A stretch of 63,571 bases of DNA, filler included, from Reclinomonas americana ATCC 50394 (GCA_048213135.1; 7 parts of 7 records of this genome joined end to end with filler, not necessarily neighbours in it); one strand, 5' to 3'. Counted from the first letter of the whole stretch, positions 47,810 through 60,078 are shown. Numbers and translations are program-made. The notes: generated from the sequence alone by a model not told the origin.

Positions 47810-50800
47810 ATGGGCGTCGGTGAGTTGGCTCTTGTTTATATGCATGTGTGTGTGTGTGCGTGTGTTCTCCGCAGCAGCGCTCACGGCCGTTCCCAGCACG
47901 AACGCGACTCCCTTTGGCCACTCTGGCCCTATTGTTGCTGGTGGCTCTCGTCACTCTTCCTGTGCTTGTGCTCTCTGCACGCACCAAGAGGTACAAGTTT
48001 TTCCTGCGCAAAAGAGTGTGTGTCTGTGTGCATGCTCATCGTCATCTCGCTAGTCACCACCAGCAACTAAGAGGAGATTCGCCACCTCTCGGTGCGTTCG
48101 TGGTGTGGCAAGAACCAGTTGTATTGTTGAATCGCCTCACTCTCCCCGTGTGTATTACAGACGCGGATCTTGAAAGCGCATTGTCGGAGGTGTTTGCAAG
48201 CGCACAGGCGGTGGACATTGGCTCAACACCAACGATGTCGCTGCAGGTGTGAAAGTCCCTCCCTCTCTCACACGCACACACTCAGCTGACGCTGTGTGAG
48301 GCAGATCATTGTGAATCGCGAGGAGGCGGCGTTTGTGTTGCGCAACGTGGCCACCAAGGCCTTCAGTTGGAAGTGGTATGTGAGTTCGTCGCGCGCCCTC
48401 TGCTCTCTGTGACACTCAGCGTTCCTTCTGCGCGAGGCAGGTTTGGCGCACTGAATGTGTTCGAGAGTGTGGGCCAGACGGCAGCCGGCATGCCGCTGGT
48501 CACCGCTGTCAGTGGTTCGTGCGAGCCACTGCCGGAGGGTGACGAGAAGAGCTGGGAGATGTCCATGATGGCTCGCGGTTGCGCCATTCAGCTCGTCACA
48601 CCGCAAGTTTCCCTCACCAGTTCTCTCGAGTGGCTGTCGGTGCGTTGGTGCGAGGTGAAGGACGGCAATCGTCATCACAAGTCGGCTGACAACTCGCTCC
48701 AGATCTTCAACTTTGTGAACAGTGTGCTGGCGACAGTGGAAAAGAAACGCAGCTCTCTGGCCAGTCATTCACAGCGATTGAGCAATCCTCCCAGTGTGCA
48801 AAGTTGCGTCGTTGTCGATTGTGCTCAACGTGGACGGCGTGGTGACCCCCTGCGTCAGATATCGTGGAGTACCAGAACGGCAGCCTCGACCAAGTTGTGC
48901 AAGATAAGAGTATTAAGAGGCCGCAGCGGCAGATGCTGGCCAAAGCCAGGGCGCGAACCAGCGGCGCTCCACAGGACCAGCCGTTGGCAGTACAGGTTTG
49001 GTTGCATTGTGTTCCAGCGTGGCCTGCCTTCTTCGTTTCATGTGTGTGTGTGTCGTGCAGCACCGAATCGCAATGTCTGCGAGCTTTGAGCCATACGTCT
49101 TCTTCCCGTGGGTGATGTGCTCGTCGACCACAGGCGCCGTGAAATGCGCCGATCGTGAGTTTCCGACTGGCGGTGGTGAAGTCGGCGTTCTCCTTCGCAA
49201 TGCCCAATTCCAGGTGCGTGCCGCCATATTCCGCATGCAGAGCAGCAGCTCAACAACTCAGTTGTGATTTTGTGCACCAGTTTTCGTTTCCCATGCAGCT
49301 GGTGCAACTCGTGGACCAAGCGTGAGTACCATCGAGCAGTCTTCAAATAGTCGCCTGGGCACTGATTTTGCGACTTCCGTTGCAGAGAGGTGGCCAGTGC
49401 GTGGTGGCATCAGGTGCCGGAGAGTGTCTCGCCAACGAAGGTCTGTGTTGGAACGTTGTCTCATCTTCTCCACCGATAAATGACCCGTCACATGTGTGTG
49501 CTGTGGTGCAGATGGCACTGTTTCATGGCGACATCCCGACCGCGTTCCTGGATAATCCGACAAGCAGTCAAAGTGACGCGAACCTTCGCAGTGCAGCGGT
49601 GAAGCGGCTCCTCGCCAGCATGGGGTTGGCCGATAACTTGGCGAGTGACAAAGTTGCGTTTCGTCATCATGTCACGAGTGCCACTCCACAACTACTTACT
49701 CTGCATCGCGTCTCCAGGGTGTGGGTCAAAATTACCTCTGGTTATATCGTTGCCTTCTCTCATGTGCAGTACAACCTCTCGTGCAGACCTGCAAGCTCTG
49801 TGGGTGGCCCTCGGTGCTTCGGCCTGCAACCTGGGTGAGCATATGTGTTTTCCCCATTGCCACTGAGACACTTAGCTGAGACACTCTGCTGCGCCTAGCG
49901 TTCCACATCCACAACTACAAGTACCTGCGCAGCAGTGCCCTGGGAAAACAATTGCTTTTTGACTGGCAAGCGTCGTACAAGAAGGGCGACTGGCTGAAGA
50001 TCGGCATCGCACAAGGCGACCCAACCGCTCAGTTCCTGCTCAGCGTGCGCTTCCGTGATCTGCTGACGGAGGTGGCGGCCAAGTCGGCCGAGCTGAGTAC
50101 ACTGGCGCCCGGTCCGAATAGCGCCATGTGGACGGCGCTGACGCGCGTCAGCAAGAGATATCTCGGCGGTCTCGTCGGTGGCAACACCAAGCTCGACGAG
50201 GCCGACCTGGAGCGTATTGCCGAGGCATTCGTGGGCAGCAGCACGAGTTGCGTTTTTCACTCGCTGCGTTGCACGTGCATGTGTATTTGTGTCGCTCACG
50301 ATTTATTACGTGCGCACAGACGGGATGCACACGTTGGTGGTTTCGGAGATGAAAAAGACAAACGAGGTTGGTGTTGCATTTTCGTTTTCCGCGTTTTTCT
50401 CAGCTGACGCACTGTGTGGTGGCCGTGGTGCTGCGTGTAGGGCGCCGCCGACATGCTGCAAAAGATGTTGAACTTCCGTGGCCATTTGCGGCCACTGGTC
50501 AAGGGCATTTTGGCGGAGGTGTTGCCGCAGGTGTTTGGCGGCACCGAGAGTTGAGTGCCACGGAGTGCTTGTGGTGGTGGTGGTGGTAGTGGTGGTGGTG
50601 GTGGTGGCTCATGCGAGGCGCACAGGTGATACGGCCAAGATGTTCCGCACCACGACCGAGGAGTCGGCGGTGATGAAACTCGACGGCAAGCTGGCGGTCA
50701 TGGTCGTGGACCAACAGTTGCGCGATGTGTGCTTTTTTTCGTGTGTGTGCGGTGTATTCTCACTGGCTCGTGTGGCAGGCCCTCTGCGGACTTGGTGAAC

Positions 50801-50976
50801 AGGGGCCAGAAGCGGGAGAACGTGTACCTGGAGGCAAAGGTAATGGCCGACATGCAGCGAAGATATCAACTGCTGGCCATGGGCAAGGCGGTGGAATGAA
50901 TGAGGAAGTACGGCGAATCTTGGGTAAATACCCAGCAGTCGAACAAAGGGCTGGTCGCCAGGCGTGGGATTCGTAG
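47810..50976 (+). CDS. Large secreted or membrane-anchored orphan, possibly BPI/LBP (TULIP)-like; start unresolved
   Basis: Hydrophobic N-terminal LPLATLALLLLVALVTLPVLVLSA and about 15 GT-AG introns joining coding-like exons with alternating beta strands and long helices. The fold is a guess. Confidence 0.45.
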
Positions 50977-51472
50977 CATATTCGCTCGTAGCACTCGGTA
51001 GCACCATTCACTGTGAGCGTGAGCGATTAACAACAGCCCACGGTGACCACCAGAAAGTCGGCCACACAATATGCACTGCAAGCAATCACAAGAATAATCG
51101 CATCTTCTGCACATCAGTCTATCACACATCACGCTGTGGCGCTATCGGCGCTTGCAGTGCTCAGTCCGAGCCGGTGGCGCTCTGAAGGCATGCAGTGGAC
51201 AAGAAACCAAAATTGTCACCGACGAAATCCTTGCCGGTCGAACCGGCGCCGGTCTCTCACGTGCACTACACTCCAGTATTGACGCAAACACCCACTGTCT
51301 CTCTGTCTCTCTCCCTCTCTCCCGTCATGGCGTTGTCGTGCACAGCTGCTGGAGCTGCTCGTGGATATGCGCATCTGCAGCGAGGCGAACGATGACATCG
51401 CGTGCACCTTGGCATCCGTCGCATGTCCGAATTTGTTCTTCTTCACACTGTGGTTGGCGAGAGCAGGCAACC

Positions 51473-52962
51473 ATGTCGACGTCAGCAGCGAGTTCCGTTC
51501 AAGACACTGTCAAGTCCTCCATCAATTCACTCGGCAAGTTTATTCCCGTGCTGACGGTGTCTGTGGAGCTTGCCTGCGGGCAGTTCATCCGCAGCGGCTA
51601 CGACAGGCCGACTTATGACTGCAGTGGCCAGGGGCAGGGAGCAGTTTATACCCTGCTGTTTTCGCTGCTGATCACTGTGTCGGTCCTCGGCTTGTTGCTG
51701 GAGGAGATGAGCGGCTTCGTCTTTCAGCCGCACCGACTTTGCCGCAATGTTACCACCGGCCGCAGGTGGCCCACTGTGTATCACCCTCACGCATTCTGCT
51801 CATGGGTATGGTGGGCTACTTACTTCACTTGGCGACTGGCCGCTGTGGGCGTGTGGCTGGTAACCGTGGAGGACGCAATCGTGGTGTGCCTGCATACTCA
51901 CGGCGGTAGTATGATGGACACCGACGGATCCGGACGACCCAGCGCATCATACCACACGCTCTCACTTGTGCTGGCCGTGATTCTGTTCACCATGACTGGC
52001 GTCGGCGTGGCAGTGGAGGGAGCCATGATTATGTGGGGTAAGTGCACATCACAGCGCAGTGCACTGCTGCACCTCTGTGCACACTGCACAAATATATTCT
52101 CAAAATTTTATTTGTTGTGTGCGCATGCCAAATACAGCAACCAGTAACAAGGCGCAACAGTCGAAGTATTGTCTGTCGCAAGCTCGACTTGCGTTGCACC
52201 AGCTGCAGAGGACAGTGGACAGCTACCGCATCAACGTCGACGACTAAACGGGCCGTGGAGAGGCACACTTTGCACTGCTGCAAGACAGCAAGCACGTCTT
52301 TACGTGGGTGCTTGTTCGGGTCATTCACCTCTCCCGGAATATCGCATATGCCTGCGTGGCCAAGGCTCCTGCTCCGAGTGCTACACGGGCGCTGGGTTCT
52401 GTCAGTCAGATCATTGCCGAACCTCTGCTGGTGCGTGCGCAGATGAGAAGATCAATTTCCGAAATTTTTGTCTTATCATACTGCATATTTGCAGATGCTG
52501 TGCGAGGACCGACTGAGCGTGGCGCTTGAGGGACCAGAAACGGTCAAGGGCGTACGCATTCCACACGTGACGATGCCAAGTGACACCGCGGATCCACATC
52601 CGGAGGCAACAACTGTGCTGGACACGATGGCGCATCGTGAGCGACAGGAACGGATTGGGTACTCCGATGACGACATCGAGCCAGTTGTGGTGGATGCCTA
52701 TGGCGTCCACAACGAAGACTTGATTCTCTGGACGAAACAGGCGGCCTCTACCCTGCGTCTGGTCCTCGCCGGAATCACCGAGGTCCGCCAGCTGGACTCG
52801 GAAATGGATATTGACAAACTCATTGTCCAGTTTGTGGATCAGTTATCAATGTTTGCCCGCGGAGACTACTACAACAAGATCGGACTGCTGAACATCATCG
52901 AGACGATCAGCATCGCCTGCACGCTGGTATACGAGAAATCGTACCGCGTCCTTCTCAACTGA
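51473..52962 (+). pseudogene. Multi-pass membrane orphan with an in-frame TAA (possible pseudogene)
   Basis: About 3-4 hydrophobic segments (e.g. AVYTLLFSLLITVSVLGLLL, LSLVLAVILFTMTGVGVAV). Intron 52038-52137, TAA at 52245-52247 with the same frame open afterwards, intron near 52431-52494, helical C-terminal exon ending at 52962. Confidence 0.4.
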
Positions 52963-53284
52963 AACCGCGGGCATCAACACAGAGTTCGTGCAGCACCCGT
53001 CCTCCTTTGGCGACATTTTCATGCGACCCTTCTTGCTTGCAGTGCTTACTTAGGAAGTGAATGTACACACACTGCAAATACTCGATTCAATATCAAGCAG
53101 TATCAATATGATCGCGACTTCTCGCAATGTACATGTGGTCTGCAAAACCTTCTTCACCCCAACCCTGCGCAACTGCCATGTAGCACTTCGTCGATGCCAT
53201 GCTCCTTCGAATGATACTCTCCCCCACCTTGGACATGTTGGAAGCGTCGTCATGCTGCCAGTATTGGTGTCCTCAACCGCCATT

Positions 53285-53421
53285 TTAGTCGAGTGTCATG
53301 ATGCGACGCAGCGCCGGCGGTGGCGCTGCTGCTGGTGGCACGGGAGGGCGACGCACCATCCCACCCTCCGCTTCCTCGTCGCTCTCTGGCTCCTCATCCC
53401 CCGCCTCATCACTGTCTGGAG
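53285..53421 (-). CDS. Acidic/proline-rich C-terminal end of an unidentified gene
   Basis: PDSDEAGDEEPESDEEAEGGMVRRPPVPPAAAPPPALRRIMTLD*, open from the gap. Confidence 0.3.
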
Positions 53422-53521
53422 NNNNNNNNNNNNNNNNNNNNNNNNNNNNNNNNNNNNNNNNNNNNTTAATTAATTAANNNNNNNNNNNNNNNNNNNNNNN
53501 NNNNNNNNNNNNNNNNNNNNN
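53422..53521. other. Artificial contig-join spacer
   Basis: N-TTAATTAATTAA-N. Confidence 0.97.
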
Positions 53522-53538
53522 ACACGCACACAGACTCA

Positions 53539-53585
<47 letters not shown>

Positions 53586-53651
53586 CCCCTCTCCCTCCAC
53601 AACATCTCACTTTCACACACGCACACACACGCACACTCACAGTCAACGTCC

Positions 53652-56446
53652 ATGACGGATGGAACGAGGCAGCCGCAGCAGTGGCCGCCGAGCACCCTCA
53701 CCGACCTCCAGAGACTCACTCCTACACAGCGTCACCGTCGCCTCCACCGAAAGCGAGTCAGGGCGGCGTTGCGTTTCTTGTCCACACCCTTTGCATCATG
53801 ACTCTCCTCCCAAATCATCGTCTCTCTTTTCACTACAGCTCCCTGCTGCTGCTGCTGCTGCTGCGGAAGGGCGACGAGCAGTGCTGCTGGCACCGGGTCA
53901 GGCAGATGGCGCACTACTGGATGTGTACGATCGCGACGCGGTGTTTAGTGTCGCCCCCGCCGCCGCACCGGCACCACCCGCCATCTCAGCCGGTGAGCGA
54001 ACCTTGCATTCATGTGTCTTGTTGCTTCAATGATCCACTCATGCCGGCCTGGCAAGTGCGTGAGGTGCAGTACCAGGTGCTGCTGTCGGAGCAGCAAAAG
54101 ATCATTAGCCGCTTTAAGGCCGACAACGAGAAGCTGAAGAGCAGCAACTTTGATCTCGAGCGCGAGCTGCGCGACCTCGAGCTGGAGCTGGAGGAGGCGC
54201 AGAATGCCAACGCTGGCAATGTGGAGTTTGTGCGCAACATGGAGACGTGGATGGTGAACAATCGCGGCGTGGAGCGCAACGAGGAGGGGTTCCGCAAACG
54301 GAGGCGGCAACAAAAGGCTCTGGCACTCGGCGCTCGCTTCCAGGACGACGAAGATCTCGACAAGGTACGCTCCCCCTCCCTGTTGTCGATGACCTTGATT
54401 GCCCCTCTCATCGCTCCACAGACCCTCGTGGTGAAAGTCTCGTGCTGGAAGGGCTTCAAGGCCGGCATGCGCGGTCTGTGGGGCAAAATCAAGCCCGTGC
54501 TCGTGCCGTTTGCTGCCGATGTGGAATTCCTGTACGCTCGTTACGGCCGCGCCGTCGGCACCTACTTTCAGTTCCTCCGCTGGTTGGCGCTGACGGCCCT
54601 GTACTTGGGTCTCGCGGTCGGCATCTTCACCACACTGCACGCGCTGTCGCAGTCCGGGTTCACATGGGGCGACTCGGTGACGCCGCACTTCCTGCTGTAC
54701 TCGTCGTACTCGTCGGATGAGACGCAGGCGTACGCTCTCTTACTGGTCACGGTGATTGTGTACAATGTCGGTATGTTTATTCAACGTGCCGTGCAAGAGG
54801 AGCGCGTACGCCGCGAGGGCGAACTGGAGCGGGCCGAACAGCGCCGCATGCAGTACAGTCGACTGACGCTGAATCTGTGGGACCATACGGTGCGGTCGGC
54901 GCGCGCAGCCGAGGACTTTAGGCTGTCGATCGCCGAGGCCATTAATATTCTCGAAGCCGATCGCACGCGTGAGCAACGCATGAAGGGGCGCTCAGCGACA
55001 GAGCGTACCGGCCTGATTATGCGCCGTGTTACTGGCTCGTTCCTGGTGGCCGTGTTGGTGGCCGGCACGTGGCTCATTCTCATCTACATGAACGTGGCGA
55101 CGGACACGCTGCAAGCGCGGTTCACGGGTGTGCTGAACACGATTGCCAAGCTGGCCATTCCGTTCTCTGTCGTGCTGCTGACCGGCATCATGCCGGAGGT
55201 GGTGGCTGCCATTACGCGCTTCGAAAAGTGGGACAACCCGGAGACGCACCTCAAGTGGCTGATTGGCCGTTTCTTCCTCATCAAGTACTTTACGTTCTTG
55301 CTACTGTTGCTGCAAAACTACCAGCTCCTGACGGGCTTCACCATTCAACTGTTTGGCATCACTTCCTCGGTGACAACCACGCGCTCGTGTAAGGCCGACG
55401 CTGTCGGTGTCAATTTCACCAACCTGCTGGTGGTGGCCTGGGTCAGCAACAAGATCATGTGGGGCATCAAACTGGGCCTCTATTACCTCAAGCGTGCCAT
55501 CAAGTGCGTCTCTATATTTTCTCGTTTGCCTGTCGCCGAGATCTGTTTTTCACACCCGTGCACTGCAGATCGACGCCAGTGCCGAAAAAGGAGTTTGCCG
55601 TGGCCTTCCAGATCATCAACGTGCTCAACATTCAGTCGTACATCTGGGTCGTCATTCCGTTTGCGCCGAGTGTGTGCATTCTCGGCGCAGTGATGCTCCT
55701 CCTCGACTTCAAGTTCCAAAAGTTCCTCATGCAAGGGCTACTCAAGAAGCCGTCGGGTGCGTGCTGGTCATGTGTGGCGAATTTGGAGGCCAGAGAACCT
55801 TATCCTTCTTTTCACCACAGATGTGTTTGCGGCCTCCGGCACCGGTCCGTTCTTCATGCTGCTGCACTCGGTGGCCGGCGTCACCACCATTGCCACGTAC
55901 ATTTGGTTCCTCAACGTGCACATCAACACGGACTGCGGTCCACTCACGACCACCACGTTTGCTGCGGTGTGTTTGTGCTTGTCCGCGCGTATGTGTGTGT
56001 GTGTGTGTGTGTGTGTTCTTGCTGCCGCAGAATAGCGCGTCCTCACGGATCGCCAACACACAGTATCTGCAATCGTCGGCCTCCGACAACAACATCACTC
56101 GCGTGCTCTTCCAAGTGGCCACCTCGCCCATTTTCTTGTGGGCACTGGTGGCTGTGTTCTTCACCGCCTTTGCCAAGCGAGCGTTCTTCATGTCGGCACT
56201 GAAGGGCTACCTGGCGCACCAGCGCAAGCGACACAAGCGCGAGCAGCAGGATTTGCTGTTGAAGCTGAAAAAGGTCGGACTGCGCATGCACGTGACTGGT
56301 TGCTGCGGCTGTTGTTGCTCACGTCGTCACCCCACAGGCCCGCGACCTCATCGCCCGGTTGCAGGACAACGACGATCAAGGCTCGCCGACCGGCTCACCA
56401 CGGCGCGGAGGTGGTGGCCATCAAAGAACCGAGAGTCGTTGCGTGA
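53652..56446 (+). CDS. Transmembrane channel-like (TMC) family protein
   Basis: RYGRAVGTYFQFLRWL, LWDHTV, ITRFEKWD, CKADAVG (at the CWET.VG position), EFAVAFQIINVLNIQSYIWVVIPFAP, DCGPL, multiple TM helices. Confidence 0.85.
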
Positions 56447-56660
56447 TCAATCCCTTTCTTGTTGTCGCTCTCCACTGTTGCTCATTCGCTGCCCCAGAGA
56501 TCGACACGGAAAGATGATGATTAATACAAAGGAGGTTAACAGTTTGTTTTTACGCCCTGCAGCATCGCACCGCGCGGAACACTCGTACAAAAGAGCCATC
56601 AATAATGTCCCATTCGCTCACTTGTCCGCTTCATCTTTCTATCTGTCTTCTGCTGTCACG

Positions 56661-57630
56661 ATGGGGTGCAAGAGCTCATCAGCCAAAGTCGCTGAGCCAC
56701 GGTTCGCCTCCGTGAGCCAAACACCATCGGTGAATGATCAAGTTGCGTGCCCACACACTCGCAAAAGAGTGCCCGTTACACACTCTCTCTCGCATGATCA
56801 TTCACTCTTGCGCACACGCAGAGTTCTCAAGCACGCAAGACAAGTGCAGCTGCAGAGAGCCTCAACTCACTCATCGCGCGACTCGACAGCGCAGTTGATG
56901 GGTCGCATGGTGCGTCACATGCACACAGTGTCTCTCTCTCTCTTTCTCTCTGTCTTTGTGCCTTCCTCATGTGTGCGCATGCAGGTGTGAGCGACTCAGA
57001 GCTGAAGCGTGCCAAGGACCTCATCCGCGCCTTTTGTGGGACTCCGCGCTACATTGCCTTGCGCGACACCTCCTTCTCCAAGGCCGACACGAACAAGTCG
57101 GGGGCGGTCGATGCCCGCGAGATTCACGTGTTCCTCGTGGACTTGTATCAGAGTTGAGTGAGTTGTAGGTGTGTCTGTTGAGGAGCAGTGTCTTATGCAG
57201 CGAGAGCAGGGCATGTTGCGGATGTTCCCGAGTGGCGACGTCACCATTTTCACCCTCCGACGCGCGCGGATGCAGACAAGCTGGTGAAGGGTGAGCGAGC
57301 TGAAGAGCAAGAGTGGGCTACTGTGCATCAGTGAGCTGAGCTGTGACTGTGCAGCACTCGACAAGGACCACAATGGGTCGATTGATATCACCGAATACGA
57401 CGGTGAAGCGGCTGCTTTTCGTGCCTGTGCATGTGCTTGTCTCACTGTTTTGTTACTGGCGTGCAGTGCTGTTCCAACACTCGCTGCTGCACACGCTCTG
57501 TCTGCAGCTGAAGACAGGCAAGTGCACCGTGGACGATCTGGAACGAGCACTGGCTCCGGCGCCTGATGCTGCTGCCGTCGCTGCCGCTGCATCTGTACCC
57601 ACCGAAGCAGCTGAAGCAGCTTCTGATTGA
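56661..57630 (+). CDS. N-acylated EF-hand calcium-binding protein
   Basis: MGCKSS (myristoylation/palmitoylation-like); EF loops DTNKSGAVDARE and DKDHNGSIDITE. Confidence 0.8.
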
Positions 57631-57680
57631 AGAGACTCTCTCCAAGGCCATATCATTTCTTCTGCTTTTTACACGACGAG

Positions 57681-58678
57681 CTATGAGGGGGTACGCGGGG
57701 GCGGCGCCATGACAGAGGTGGTGACGGAGGGCGGTGGTGGCCGAGGTGCATTGCTGACAAGGCGCCGAGGGGCGCGGAAGAGGACGCCGAGGCGATCGAG
57801 GCCGCGCGCCACGACCGACAATCGCACGTGGATGACACCACGCGGAGAGGTGACGATGCTGCGCGCAGGGCAGACGGTGAGGGAGCAAGCATGACGACGA
57901 CGACGACGACGACGACGACAACAATCGCGAAACACACCGCTGGCCACGACTCGTGCCCAGCGCCGCCACCTCCTCGTTGCGCAGCTGCGGTTCCCCTCCC
58001 AGCAACATCCGCCGCAGCCGCTCTGCAATACCACCACCGCCGGGCATCACCGGTCGCCAGGTGGCACATTCCAGCTCATAGTTTCCCGCCTGCGTCGGCA
58101 GCGGCAAGCATCCATACGCCTGAAACAAGTGCCGCCCCAGCAGATCCTCCGAGTACACTCTGAACAGCAGGCGCGGCCAGTGCTCCACCGTCTGCGTCGC
58201 AAAGTGCCACTCCAGCGGGTGCTCCCACGTAAAGAATGATGTATCCTGCACACAAAAACGCACCTGTTGAGCAGCTGCGTGGAGGCAGAAGAGAAGGAGG
58301 ACAGCGGCTGACCTGAGGCAGATCAGTCTGCGTCACTCCCTCGCGATCGCCCTCCACCAACTGCCACCTCTCATCGTCCTCCACCACCTCGCGCGAGACA
58401 ACCACCATCTCCTTGGTGCTTCCCTCCCCGCGCTTGCTCTTCTGCTGCTGTTGTTCCTCTTCTTGTTCTTCCACCTCTTCACCCTCCTCAGGTCTCTTCT
58501 TCAGCTGCTGCCTCCTGCTCTCCTTCTCCTCCTCACGACGCAGCCACTCGTCCTCCGCAGCCACGTGCTCCCCAGGGAAGATCAGCTGCCACTCACACCA
58601 CAGTGCGCGGCACTGTGAGAAGCCACTGCAGCCGACTACACGCCCCATCATCCACACTTCACAGGCGGCCTCGCCCAT
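57681..58678 (-). CDS. B9D2: B9 domain protein 2 (ciliary transition zone)
   Basis: EVWMMGRVVGCSGF...LWCEWQL, WQLVEGDREGVTQTDLP, WEHPLEWHFAT..EHWPRL, DLLGRHLFQAYGCLPLPTQAG.YELECATWRP, LLGGEPQLRN. Confidence 0.85.
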
Positions 58679-58885
58679 CTCTCAACAACTCGATTGATAT
58701 GAGGGTGTTTTTCGGTGTCCTGCGCTGAACGTCAATGTGCAAAAGGTGGGAGGCAGCGTGCGCGAGGTGCGTTGGGGCTGTTGTGGCCACACAGCGTGGA
58801 CAGCGCGCGATCAGGAAGGCAACGGAGTAGGCACGACGGACAGCGTGTCCTGTCGCATCTTGTTTTTCTCACTCACTCCGTCTCC

Positions 58886-60078
58886 ATGCGCCACGGTGGC
58901 GTTGTCATTGCCGTGCTTGTCATACAGGTAAGTGTGCCTCTCACACAGAGAGCCCACACTCTCAGATACACTCATACCAACATGATACACGATTGGTTTT
59001 TGTCTATTTCTCCTCCTCTCCTTTGCTTCTCTTTGCTCACCCTTTCCCTCAGGCATGCGTGTTGCTCGCAAGCGGTTTCCCGTTTGAACCCGATGGCGTG
59101 GTCAACCCGCCTCTGCACGATCAGCGATACCGCTACGCAGAGTACACGAGAGAGCGACCAGTGCGTGGGCTTGCCTCTGCTCATCTCTCTGGCTTTCTCT
59201 GAGCACAGTTGCGCGCGCAGTTCTTTCAGTGGTGGTACTTCAACGTAAAGGACACGCAGACGCAGCGGTACTGGGCGTTTGCGTATGGGAACTCGCAGCC
59301 GGCCAAGCATGTGTCGACTGTGCGACAGGGATCGTACATGATGGCGGCGGTGGTGGACCATGCGGGGGGTGATCGGTGGACCAAGTATGAGCACTTTGAC
59401 AGTGTCGGGCAAGGTCAGGACCCGGCGTGGCAGATTGGGGGCGACTATGACTTGCATGTGTCGGGCGGCGACTCAGCCTTCTCCATGACGGCCGTCGATG
59501 AGAACACGTATCGTATTACGGGCTCGATGAAGACGGTTTGTATACGTCGGTGGATGGCGTGTGAGTGTCCATGCTCATGTGGTTGTTGTTGCACGCAGCC
59601 GAGTGCGTCGTGGATGACGCCGAATGCGACCTTGGCGGAGATGGAGGTCTCGTGGGATTTCACGTTGCATCGCGTGTACGGGTGGTTCGGGCAGCAGGAT
59701 CTGGACTTCTTGCTCAAGGCCTCTGGGCTCATTGGTGAGGCGTGCCGAGGAGGGCGGGGGAGGAGAAGTGTGCACGTACTCACATGAGACTGACTGCAGG
59801 GTGGAACACGTACACACACGATGCAGAGGTGGAGGGAACGGTGAGTGTTTCGGGGTGTTTTTTTCCTTGCGTGTGAGGATTTGCATGTGCTGACTGTGCG
59901 TCAAGATCACGTACGGCGGGAGGACCGTGCAAGTGGAGCGGTCGAGTCGCTACCGAGGTGAGATTGCAGACGTGCCTGGGAGAGGAGTGGTTGTGGCTCA
60001 TGAGAATGCGCAGCATATGGCGACATGAACTGGGGTGACTTTTTCCCGACCGGCGAGCCGTCGACCAAGTACAACTGG
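58886..60078 (+). CDS. Secreted tocopherol-cyclase/AttH-like protein (3' truncated by gap)
   Basis: Signal-like MRHGGVVIAVLVIQACVLLASG; FFQWWYFNVKD, VSWDFTL, GWNTYTHDAEVEGTITYGGR, YGDMNWGDFFP...YNW, comparable to the FEGWYF and Y.EKNWG.SFP..W motifs of tocopherol cyclase. Confidence 0.7.
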
